The notes under the pieces were generated by a model. That model ran no database searches. It saw only the letters and a program-made list of their open reading frames with translations, and was not told the DNA's origin. A program made the position numbers and the translations under genes. A stretch of 64,000 nucleotides of DNA from the NCBI GenBank assembly GCA_047495785.1, contig JBLDXI010000024.1:1178001-1242000 (forward strand). Reading direction: 5' to 3'. The stretch is from Lepidodermella squamata (lineage: Eukaryota; Animalia; Gastrotricha). Shown one piece after another: positions 23,306-35,600 of this stretch. Numbering within the stretch: the first letter of the stretch is position 1; every line of letters begins with the position of its first letter.

Positions 23306-26300
23306 TTTGTCGTTTTTTGCAGAAAAAATGCGTGTAGAAATTATCGCAGCATATAATAAGTCGAGTGAACTCTGTAAAATAAACTTTAATAGTAACTACC
23401 GTGCACGACATTATAATTCATGACATTTAAAATAAAAATAGTAAGTTTCAGAAGGTGATTAATAGACCCACATCCCGACGTTTTTTACCGCACCAAGTAT
23501 CTACGTGAAAAAACTGCGGGCATGCAATATAATGCGGTTACCTTTTAAAAGCAAAAAACTTTACTTGGCCCTTCTCACGAATAAATTGCTTTATTTATAT
23601 ATTATGTGCAAACGATTCTTTCTGCAAGTTGGAATAAATTTACGCTAGCCTGGTGAAGTTACTTGTAATTTAAATCTCATCGAAATAGCGAACTTGATGG
23701 GTATAATAAATTTGGAACAATTTAACAACAAGCCGAGCGGTGGATATACGCTAATAATTTGCTATTTTGATAAGGGAGTTGCCTTGTGACCTAAATATCT
23801 AAGCACGACACGTGTATGCATAAGGACAAACTCGCGTTCAAAGTCTAATTTATCGCTTATGACCTACAGAATAGCTTTATTTGAGGTCTAGTATAACGCA
23901 TTGCTAAATGCGCTGGGCGAGGTTTTGCCGAGATGATAAGAGGCACGTGAGGATGAACACATTTGAAATCTAAAATCTGGAAGAAATGAAATAAAAATCG
24001 CCAATACCGCCTTTTGCGACAGAAAAAACTCATTTTTGCGTCGTATTCACTTTTCACGGACTTCATTAATTGATGAAATGACCCTATCGCGGTCATTATT
24101 TATTAGCTATTCATATCTACAGCCCTTTGTGCTTCGAAAATTCATTTCATGATTCATATTAAAAAATGATTCACATTAAAAAAGTTGAATGTCTAAAGGA
24201 TTATTTTATTAATATACTACCTAGTGTCGTGATTCTCAAAAGCCGGTTTCGCGCAAGCTGGTTTTTTTTCACCAGCGAGGGGCTGTCAGAGGCTGTTTAT
24301 ATCTCGGATCTCGGAATGCTCATTCCAGTGCGATTGGCCATACTGCTTATCCGAATGATATAGATCACATTTTCTTGAGGTTTTCTTGCTCCGCTCGCTG
24401 AATTTGTTTTAATATTTCGATTGGTTAAATTACAACCAAAAATGCTGATGTGTACAAACGAATTCAAAGTGAAGACTGATGGGAAACCCATGCTATATTC
24501 AGCTAATATTTGTCGGTCCAGATTCCTGATGAAAGGTTACTTGTTTTTGCAAGAATATTTTGTCAATGACGCGTTCATGTTTTCGACGATCCAAAATTCA
24601 GCCTAGCCACCGATGAAATCGTAACAGCATAGATAAAAAAATACTGAAGATATGACACTCGCGTGTGCTTCCTGTTATGCTTTTTTGCAGTCAAATACAC
24701 AGCTTTGCAATTATTTCAAAAATTAATTAAAAATAAACATCATCATCCAAAAATTCTGATCAATCTTTCGCCGTGGAACTAAGGAAAATGTAGTGCTCTC
24801 TGATTATTTTGTTGCCTCAATTTTTGTCTGACTCGAAGTGAATTCTTGCTATTTATTAGCGTTGTCTTCACTAGCAATAAATATTGCTTAGTCTTCTACT
24901 CTGTGATTGTATCATTTCTGCCCATATTTTTGAAATTAACTGATGCTGTTGTGACTGATGCCGTGAACAAAGAAATATCGGGAGGAGTAATCAAAGAATT
25001 CGTTTCATAAGATTAGCGATTAAATCCATGATATAGCTCAAGCTGGTTTGATGAAATTCAGGAAAATGAGTTGATGGGCTTGAACTTCGGCAAAAAAGAA
25101 ACCAAGACCGGTCCAATGACTTCCGAATTGCCACTGGACAAGCTGAGATTTCCTAAAAAATAATGTTTGCGACCAGCTACTTGAGCAATTGAGCCGAAAT
25201 TATCCCTGCAGAATCAGGCGCCTAAAGATGTGCCATTTTCTTAGCTGCTTATATTTGTATGATATAGTACGAGTATTTTATTTATATATGAGATTCGTAG
25301 CACGAGATGCGGGCATGCAGACGAGGCGGAGCCGAGTCGGCATGACGAAATCGAGTGCGGAGAATCCAGATATGAATGAATTACGAGTGCTATATCGTAA
25401 AATATTGCATGAGCATGGGTACTAACACTATATTTTTTGAGCGAATGCTATATTTTATAACAAGCTTGTTCACGCCAAGTGAAAAATGTGAATAAATATT
25501 TGCGAGATCGCACTACATATTATGCACGTGTCAATGCGAAATCGTGCAAAAAAGCCGTAGTAGCGAGAAAATCGTGAATGAAAAATATCTAAATTCGGTT
25601 TTTCGACGACTAAAAATTCAAATTTCGGAACCGCGCCCTGGAATTTTGGGGTAAAATCATACGAAAAATTACGAATTCTCCATATTTTTTGTACCAAAAA
25701 TCGAGATGGATGTTTTGGAGAAAAAATTTGTCGCGTGATTTTTCTTTTCACATAACAGGGCTAGATCGTGAGTGTCATATCTTCAGTATTTTTTTATCTA
25801 TGCGTAACAGCCTTATTCGTCAACGAAGAAACACTCGAAGAGGAAAATTTCAGGTATTAGAGGCATGCGTTCCAGAATTTAACATTGTATAAGCGGCCGG
25901 TTCAGGAGTCGTCGAAATACGGCAACGCGGCCCAAAAAGCCTCTACCAGGCTGCAATTTTTGACCGGGAGCGAAAGAAGTTTGGGACCATCCATATTATT
26001 AATGAGAGATAAAATTGCGATTATTCCTTCATAGAATACTGAAGATAGCCAAGCGTTCATGGAATCTGATGAAATAGTCTAAATCCAGGCAAGTGCTATT
26101 AGCATCTGTTTTCATAGTCAATCTTTAACGTTACTACTGTTCTGATTCTGAAGCTTGAAAAATCGAGGAATCATGGGTTTGACAAATCACCTGGCCCTTT
26201 TTGCCCTGGGATCTGGGTGAATTTATACTATTTTTCCGTGGCAAGAATAATCATTTGTATGGAAAGTTCAGGAATAGGACCTTTTTTTACTGCAACGCTT

Positions 26301-26908
26301 TAGCCGAGAAAATTATTATTTGCGTAAATTCGAAATTCGCAATAAGACATAACCTTTATTTCAGGAACCCTGAGAAGAGATTAATGGCAAATCTATATGA
26401 TCACACGTAACATCGTCGGATTGATTTGCTATCATTATAACTTTATCAGAAATCGAGAAAGGTATGCTTATTGCTCTGAGAGTTATCTCTTTGTCCAATA
26501 ATTTATATTAACATATGATCATTATTTATTTGCTCCAAGGAGGCTCCCTTAAAGCTATTGCTCATGGAGAAATATCAGTCGACAATTGGAGGAAATTGCC
26601 TTACATATGCGAAACGGCAGATTTATTGTTTCGTTGCCAATTATTTGGCTGAGTGGAAGTTTTTCATCCACACGTTTTTTGAGAAATGACTCAATGGTGA
26701 CTATACTTTACATCAGCTTATCACTTTTATTCCTAATATAAACCCCTTGCACTTAGGCATGAATCATCAACACGAAAAGTAAGAGAAACCAGAAGCGTGC
26801 TTGGAATATAAATCAGCTCCTTAAGTGCTGCGCTTCAAAATAATATTAAAGCTATAAAATAGTGGGTGCCAACCCTTCAGCCATATCCTGGCTCTTTCGT
26901 CGTCAGAA

Positions 26909-29642
26909 ATGAATTTCAAATTTCGATATTTGCTAGTAAACTTAATGGCTGTAGCAGTATGTGAAAGCAAGCAGATTTTACAGGTAGAAAAATGGCCAAA
27001 CTCACAATGTTTTCGTTAGTTCTGAGCAATTTATTACAGTACTCCTCGGGGCAAACCGGAAGCTTCAAAATCGGATTCATGTTACCCGGTCATCGCACCA
27101 AATACTCCGGTTCGCCAACATCATCAAGGTATGTTGTTGCCAGGAAGTCGCATTTCAGATCTTAGCATTGAGCTTTCAGTAGCAGCTCCTGTGGTGAAAT
27201 TTCGCCATCAGAGGCTCTTTTAGTGTCTCATTTCAAGCGCCTGATCCGAGATGTTGAACTGTCGCAGATACTAGGCCCAGGGGTAAAAATTGGTTTGGAG
27301 GTTCTCGACACATGCGGCTCGGAGAGCTTCGCAACTGCCCAGGCTATTCATTGGCTGAAAAAGCGGGTTAAAAGTGACAACGACTCTGCCGAGCCGCCGA
27401 TTGCCTTTGTCGTTGGGACGTCCTACAGCAGGGTGACTCAAACCATCGCCCCGCTGTTGCAACAGTTCGGCATTCCGCTTATCGATCAAGGCGCTACGGC
27501 TGATATTTTGAGTGATCAGAATCGCTTCAGGATGTTCGCTCGAGTGACAGCGTCTGACAAGTACATGGCCCAGGCTATGGTTGAATTCGTGAAAACGAAC
27601 GCATGGAACTGCGTTCATCTACTCCACAGCGTGGGTCCTTATGGCGGAGCTGGCGCTGAACAAGTCGCTCAGCAGCTCTTGAATTCGAACATTTCAATTT
27701 CGAGCGGTGGACCAATCGCGCTGCCTCTCGATCGTTCTTCGAAGGCAGATTTTGACGCGGCAGTTGCAAGAATAGCCGAGTCCGAATCAGTTCGGATCAT
27801 TATTTGCTTCTGCGAGGCGGGCACAACACTAGGGCTTCTACAAGCTATTAAAGACCGACAGGGATTGGGCAAATATTTCATCATTGGCGGGTGAGTTTCA
27901 TTAGAAATTAAAAAGATTTGCATAAGATGCATTTACATGGGCTGTTATATTGCCATGTTTAACCCTGGAAACACCTTCAGACTAGCTCATTTGAGTCTTG
28001 CAAGTATGCACCCTTTGAAATACCGACTGTATCAGTCGGGGCAACGAAAATCTCAACGTCGAAATTCTGAAAAATTCCAAAATTAAGTCGAGCAGGCTGC
28101 TATTCCGACCTTCGGCTGCGTCTCAGGTCTCCATAGCTAGCCTTCAGGCGAATATTTTCCGCTATCCGCTACAAAGCTCCCAGATATTGTATAATAACAG
28201 ATCAAAGTTTTGCAATCTACACAAAAAACTGAGTTTTTTAATTTCCGAATATCTCCTTGTAGAAAGCTGATTTTCGCAGCCCGTTTTTTCCGATTACAGT
28301 TTCTCAAGTGAAGAATCATCTGGTATTCATGTTAATGATAAATTCGGGAGGAATTATGGCTAAATATAATGTTTTTCGTTAAGCTTGAAGAAAACCAATA
28401 TTATTACAATTTCTCCTTAATGAAAAATGCGAACTTACTTTTTGTGGAGAGTTTTCTGCATGAGTTTCCTCTCTGGTTAATCTGATCTCTATGGTTAGCT
28501 GTAATCAAAACTTGTTCTTAATATTTATTTTAGTGACTTTTGGGGCAAGGAGCTGGATTTGCAAAGTCTGGAAATCATTGCCGATCACGCGATTTCGTTC
28601 AGAACAATCACGACTACGCCAAAACCTTTGACAGTTGAAATTGGAAACATCAGCGATATCAACTCATGGATAAGAGAAAGCAAAGACACGGATCCTTGGT
28701 TGAATGGTAAGAAATTTTTAATCATTGAGTACTTGGACTTGGGAGACGAAAGGCTTCGTTGAAGCATAAGGGTATATTTGCCTGTGCGAATTTTCCTTCA
28801 TTCACAGTATTCAATTATTTGAGCTTGGTTTCGAAATTCTTTGAGTTTTAGTTTCTTGTCATGGGAAATGATCTTGTTATGATCGTTGATGCTGACTGAA
28901 CTACGTTCCCTTATTCCTAGAGTGTCTGGAGACCCTGAAAAAGTGCACGTTGGATCCTACTAATACAAATTTCCATAAATGTGGTGAGTTTTGCTTTTGT
29001 TAATTATGACCTGTAAATACAAAAATTTTCTTACTCCAAGAGGAAACTGAGTTCAAAGTCACCGATCTACCCTTATCGGACTGGGTTAATTCAGTCAGCA
29101 GCGCCTTTTACGCCGGTGCTTTTGCTATGAAAGCCCTGTTTGACGAGAAATGCCGCTCAATACCAGGCGCAGACTGCCGAAAGTTCGATTCAGAAAATGA
29201 CGGTGTCAAACTGTTCCAACACATTGGGAACGCCACAATCCCATTGCAAGGTGGTGGGAGATTCAGCTTCTACCTCGGCCGGGAAGGTTTTCCGCATTAT
29301 CGCATAAATCGGTATGCAATCGAACACGGCGAAAGTGGTACCAATTACATCTACCGGCAAATCGGAACTTGGAATGTCACTAACAAGTTCGATTTCAATC
29401 CAACTTTTGACACATCGGAATATCGGGCGCCTAATGATGTCGTCTGCGCCCGGCCTTATCACAACGAATCCTGGATCCGAGCCCCCATTGTACAAGGCGC
29501 ACTTTCACCTACGATTCTGTGCGGCCAAATCCCTACGATTATCGATAAAACGATTATTATTAATAACAACAGTGTGATTCTACCGGTGGTTACCACGATA
29601 CTCTCAGTCGCGATTCTGGCTTTGATGTTTTTAACGCAGTGA
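26909..29642 (+). CDS. Venus-flytrap receptor copy 1, truncated within the TM helix with no kinase (decoy or pseudogene)
   Basis: Signal exon MNFKFRYLLVNLMAVAVCES at 26909 and the same exon series as copies 2 and 3. Homology stops at ...VAILAL (~29626) and the frame ends MFLTQ*. Confidence 0.75.
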
Positions 29643-29665
29643 ACTCTGTAAAAGAAATTATAATA

Positions 29666-30790
29666 CAGTGTGTCCGTCAAATAATATGAGCCTAAATATA
29701 GCATTTTAATTGCGCCTGTTCACGAGTCGTGCACAAGGCAAAAAAAACGCAGCACTGAATGATAGTACAGCTATTGTTGTTCATTGCTGGAATAATATCA
29801 ATTACTGCTCCGCCAACATTTGTATTATTTAATCAAGATAAAGAACGTTCTTCGGAACGAAAGCATTAGCTTCGGGATTTTTACCTGCAAGCTTTGTACA
29901 TTACTAAAGTTTTGGGGACAACGAGTTGCCCTGAATATTCATGCAATAAGATCAAACGCGCAACAATGTCAACCTAATATCTGGAAAAAAACTAACCTTT
30001 TAACTGCGATTTAATAGCAAATTTTCTGATCCAATTCAGTTAAAACTGTTTGTACTAGCCATTGGACGTATTCTTGCGGGTATGTGAAATTCCCGTATAT
30101 AACGGTTAGCCGATAGCGCCCCGGATGCTACACAAATTGGCGAAAGCGACATTACCCTTTTATTTCAAAACGCAGAACTTATTTCAAACAGATTACCAGG
30201 TCGTAATGGAAACTGCTTTAGTTGCTTTCATTGCATTTGTTGCATTTGTTGCATTTTATGCTTCAACGGCAGTTATTAAATTAGACATGCAAGATAACGA
30301 AAGAAAATTTTGAAAATATCCCGCGGCTGTTGAAGACCCAAGTCGATGGGCAAGTCGATGTACGCGAAGAAGGGGAAACCCGATTCCAAAAAAGCGGTTT
30401 GTAAAACTGGCCATGGCCGAATTCAAAATGGCCCTTGCAAAACAAAAAACTGAAACGGCTGAGGGAGAAGATGATGATGACGGAGATGAACCTGATAATT
30501 AAGATAATTTTTTAAAGGCGCGGCTCGTTAAGAGGAAAATATGAGCATTCCTGATGGTCAGAGCATCACCTTCTCTATCACCTGAAAGAATTAAGACGAA
30601 GAAAGTTTAATCATCAACACTAGCTGATGCATACAAATTTTAACTAGCAGTAGTAAATAAAGCTTTAGATTTCATTGACGTATTATTTTTTGCATCTCAT
30701 GAAAAAAATGAGACGCCAGATCTGGCGCGCGCCACGCTTGCTGTTGCTTTTGGACTATAAATAGCCTCATAATATTTGACGGACACACTG
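29666..30790. mobile_element. Non-autonomous Tc1/mariner-type DNA transposon
   Basis: TIRs cagtgtgtccgtcaaata(a)tatgag and ctcataatatttgacggacacactg flanked by TA on both sides. The empty site is visible in the paralogous sequence at ~23390. No transposase ORF. Confidence 0.85.
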
Positions 30791-31400
30791 TAGTAACTAT
30801 CGTGCACGACATTATAATTCATGACATTTAAATTTGAAAGAGTAAGTTTCAGAAGGTGATTAATAGACCCACATCCCGACGTTTTTTACCGCACCAAGTA
30901 TCTACGTAAAAAAACTGGGCATGCAATATGATGCGGTTACCTTTGACAAGCAAAATACTTTACTTTGTCCTTCTCACGAATAAATTGCTTTATTTATTAT
31001 AATGCGGAAATGATTCTCTTTTCTCTTTGCTAGTTGGAATAAATTTACGCTAGCCAGGTGAAGTTACTTGAATCTCATCGAAATGGCGAACTTGATGGGT
31101 GTAATAAATTTGGAACAATTTAACAACAAGCCGAGCGGTGGATATACGCTAATAATTTGTTATTTTGATAAGGGGTGACCTAAATATCTAAGCACGACAC
31201 GTGAATGCATAAGGACAAACTCGCGTTCAAAGTCTAAGTCGCTTATGACCTACAAAAAAGCTGTATTTAGCATTGCTAAATGCGCTGGGCGAGCTTTGGC
31301 CGAGATGATAAGGGGCACGTGAGGATGGACACATGAAATCTGAAATCTTGAAGATACGAGGGAAAAATCGCCAATACTGCCTTTTGCGACTGAAAACCCA
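30791..31400 (+). repeat. Duplicate of the intergenic region ~23390-24030 (start of a segmental duplication unit)
   Basis: tagtaactatcgtgcacgacattataattcatgacatttaaa... aligns colinearly with 23390 onward. The 29636-29665 segment matches 23363-23391. Confidence 0.9.
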
Positions 31401-32638
31401 CCTCAACTCTGCGTCATTGCCTATGCACAGACTTCATCAATTGAAATATCCATTTCGCGCTCAGGTTATATCGTTCTTTATCAGCCATTCATACTTATTT
31501 ATTGAGCCAGTTGGTTTCGAAAAAAGTCTTCATGGAGTCAGGATTCGAGCCGCATAGCACTAAAAACAATAAAAAAGATTATTCAAAAATATAATTTTGA
31601 ATACCGTAAGCTGGTCTTAATTGGAACGGAGTAATTTCGGACACTTTTGACTTTGAAATTAAATCACTCTTCAACCCGGGCGGATTTAGAGTCCGTTAAA
31701 AATGCAGAATATAGTCCTGGGTCTTGTCTTTCAAATGACACATGAAACATGAAAACAGATGTGTATGCGAGGAATGGCCCAACTTCTGTCCCGCGACCCA
31801 AAAATGCTAACTTTTCACCAAGTAGGTATTTTTTGATGGAAAGAAGCGGAAAAGATATAGCGCCATCGATTTAGTAATGCTGTTACGTTCAAACCGTTTT
31901 TAAACGAAAATTTTGATCAGTAAATGCTTGAGAAAACCCATTTTGTCCCGGCTAATTTCGGACAGCTTCAAACTACAAAGAATTAAAAATGATGCCAATG
32001 GACCTTGACAATTTTTTAAATCCCATATCCATAGATAAAGGTTACCTTTTATCTATGTTTGAAACCGTACTATTTATTCCTTCGTCGAAGATGGAAGATG
32101 TTCATGTTTTCCCGGAATCCGATGGAATAGCCCAAACCCAGGCAAGGGCTGTTTGTAGCTGAGTTCCAAGTCAATACAAAACCCTTAACTATTCATCGCT
32201 CTCACAGTGGAAATTAGAATTGAAATGGAACACAGTTAATTTGATTTTTAAATTCCTGAATTTAGTCAATTTAACCACCCTCGACGGATGAGATGGGTCG
32301 GGTAATTTTTTGAAAAGCCTCTCTTTGTTGATGGATATATTGTTTTGTTGCAAATTATTTGGCTCAGTGGAAGTTTTTCATCCACACGTTTTTTTTTTGA
32401 GAAATGACTCACATTAGCTGATGATACATTACATTAGAGTAACACTGTTATTCCTAAAATACACCCCTTGCATGCAGGTGCTTTAACAAAAGCATGAACA
32501 CGAAAAGTATACGAAAACCAGAAGCGTGCATGGATTGTAAACCATCGTCTTAACTGTCGCGCTACAGAAGAATATTGAAGCTATAAACTTGTGGGTGCCA
32601 ACCCTTCTGCTATATCCTGACTAATTTCGTAGTCAGAA

Positions 32639-35600
32639 ATGAATTTCAAATTTCGATATTTGCTAATAAATTTATTGGCTGTAGCAGTATGTGAAAGCAA
32701 GCAGATTTTACAGGTAGAACCATGGCTAAACTCTCAATGTTTTCGTTAGTACTGAGCAATTTAATACAGTACTCCTCAGGGCAAACCGGAAGCTTGAAAA
32801 TCGGATTCATGTTACCTGGTCATCGCACCAAATACTCCGGTTCGCCAACATCAGAAAGGTATGTTGTTGCCAGGAAATCACATTTAAGATCTTAGCATTG
32901 AGCTTTTCAGCAGCTGCTGCTGTGGTGAAATTTCGCCATCAGAGGCTCTTTTAGTGTCTCACTTCAAGCGCCTGATCCGAGATGTTGAATTGTCGCAGAT
33001 ATTAGGCCCAGGGGTTAAAATTGGCTTGGAGGTTCTCGACACATGTGGTGCGGAGAGCTTCGCAACTGCCCAGGCTATTCATTGGCTGAAAAAGCGGGTT
33101 AAAAGTGACAACGACTCTGCCGAGCCGCCAATCGCCTTTGTCGTTGGGACGTCCTACAGCAGGGTGACTCAAACCATCGCCCCGCTGTTGCAACAGTTCG
33201 GCATTCCGCTGATCGATTATGGCGCTACGGCTGACATTCTGAGTGATCAGAATCGCTTCAGGATGTTTACTCGAGTGACAGCGTCTGACAAGTACATGGC
33301 CCAGGCTATGGTTGAATTCGTGAAAACGAACGCATGGAACTGCGTACATCTGCTACACAGCGTGGGTCCTTATGGCGAAGCTGGCGCTGAGCAAGTCGCT
33401 CAGCAGCTTTTGAATTCGAATATTTCAATCTCGAACGATGGACCGATCGCGCTGCCTCTTGATTATTCTTCGAAGTCAGATTTTGACGCGGCAGTTGCTA
33501 GATTAGCCGAGTCTAAATCAGTTAAGATCATTATCTGCTTCTGCGAGGCGACAACAACACGAGGGCTTCTACAAGCTATTAAAGACCGACCGGGATTGAG
33601 CAAATTTGTCGTCATTGGCGGGTGAGTTTCATTTGACATCGATAAAATTAAGATTGGACACTTTGCCGTAGGGCCCCAACACGAATGTTGAGGTTGCAGC
33701 TCTAGATATCGCGAAATAAATCTCCCGAAATATCGATATTGGATTCCGCAGAATCCGACTATTTATTATCATGATTAAGGCGCACCGAAGTCCGTCGCCC
33801 AATTTTGAAACCTGCAGCGCACGCGCGCAGCGCAATTCTTAATCCCGCGCTCAATTTTAAGGTGTGCAGCGCAAATGTTTACTTTGTAACCGTAATCACA
33901 CGCGCGCAGCCGGAAATCAATATTTTGGCAGCCGAAATTTTAAACTTTGCAGCGCAATTATTTATCCACCTTAATATCAATTTTCTCTCCATAAAAGCAT
34001 TTTGAAATGATTTACATGTTTCCCGATAATGGCCCGAGCATATATGGCAGCGCTCGAGGCTGAACGAAGAAAATACCCACCCAAGCATCAAGCATCACCC
34101 AGGTTTCTGTAAATTTCGAATAGGCCGGGTCGGGGACGGAAGAAGAGACATGCGCTGAGCTTCGTGATGAGAAGCTCGTGATGAGACGCGAGACGCGCTT
34201 GCATGAAGAATAGAGGTGTTAGTGTGGTTACTCGTCCGAATCCATGACTGGCTGGGAGCCATTCATGATTAACTTCATAAATTACCGATACAAAAATATT
34301 GCTACGCGAAAATTCGAGGGCGCTGAAAATGAGGTCAATAACACGGTTACTAGTTCAGGCCATGCGGCGCCATTCGAACACCTCACAACGTATCTGCCCT
34401 ATTCGTCTCCCCTTTTATAGCCATCGGTGGCTCACGTGCAACCACTACCTAGAACCGGCCGTTGACCCTGAATCGCCGCCGCCGGTTGAAATTCCAAAAA
34501 TACAATGGAAACATATGTTCCTCCTGGTTCATCGAAAACTGCCCAGCCGCTTGTAATCGCGATAATACTTGTAAAAAGTGACTTCTCAATCGCTTTTTGA
34601 TAAATTCGGGGAATAATTTCACGTCTACACAGATATAACAGATATATCATAAATGTATTGCGCGCTAAGTAAGGTCAGTTGAAGAGCCAATCTTGCCTGT
34701 TGAGCCGATATCGATTCCAAGTATTAATTTTAGAAATCATTGATATTTTCCATATCAGCCAACATTGAGGATGTCTCTATCCGGCTGATGGTAGCAGATA
34801 GCTAAACTAAAAATCGCGGTGCCATGAAGAGCATCGATATCAATGAAAATATGGAATTTTTTTCAAATTGCAAACAATCTGAAAAATTTAATTACAACAC
34901 CCTCTCAACCCTCAAACTTAGTGCTGTATCCTCAATTTCAGTTACGCAAATATATGTTGTACGCCTATAGGGGATTTAAGCCTTTAGAGTATGAGCATTG
35001 TATTTAACCAAAATAATGGCCAAACCGTGAGGGTGACTATCGATCATCATATATCAATCGATTTTATTTAGAAGCTATGACATCCAAGAGAGGGCAGCTT
35101 GACAATGTTTGAAGGAAAAAGCAACAGATAATTTCAGGACAGGTTCAGATTTAGGACAGGAAAAGTGAACACAGTGAGACGAAACAAAGGTTTGGACCAT
35201 TCATCGTTTTAATATGTAGCAGTGATCAGTCAACAATTTGGATCAGTAGTATATAGTGTGTAAAAATAATAAAGATAATATTAAAACAAAATCTCAACAA
35301 CTTCATAAAAGGCAGTAGCAGCTCATAATAGCTTCACAACAGTAAAAAATAGAGTGCAATCAATTTATTGAAGTGCTAAACTAGAGGCATTTTTGTTGTA
35401 GAAAAAAGCGTGAGCAATTGAACGGAATATGTCAGCTGACTCGGCCTGCCGTGCCTCAATAGGCAGTTGATTCCACAGTTCGGGACCTCTGTAACTCAGA
35501 CTAAGCATTTCTCGTTTTGAGTCGCATTTCAGCTTGAACATGGGTTCGGAATTTCGAACCTCGTATCGGGGAGGCGGGTTCAGACAAAAAAGCGCTTGCA

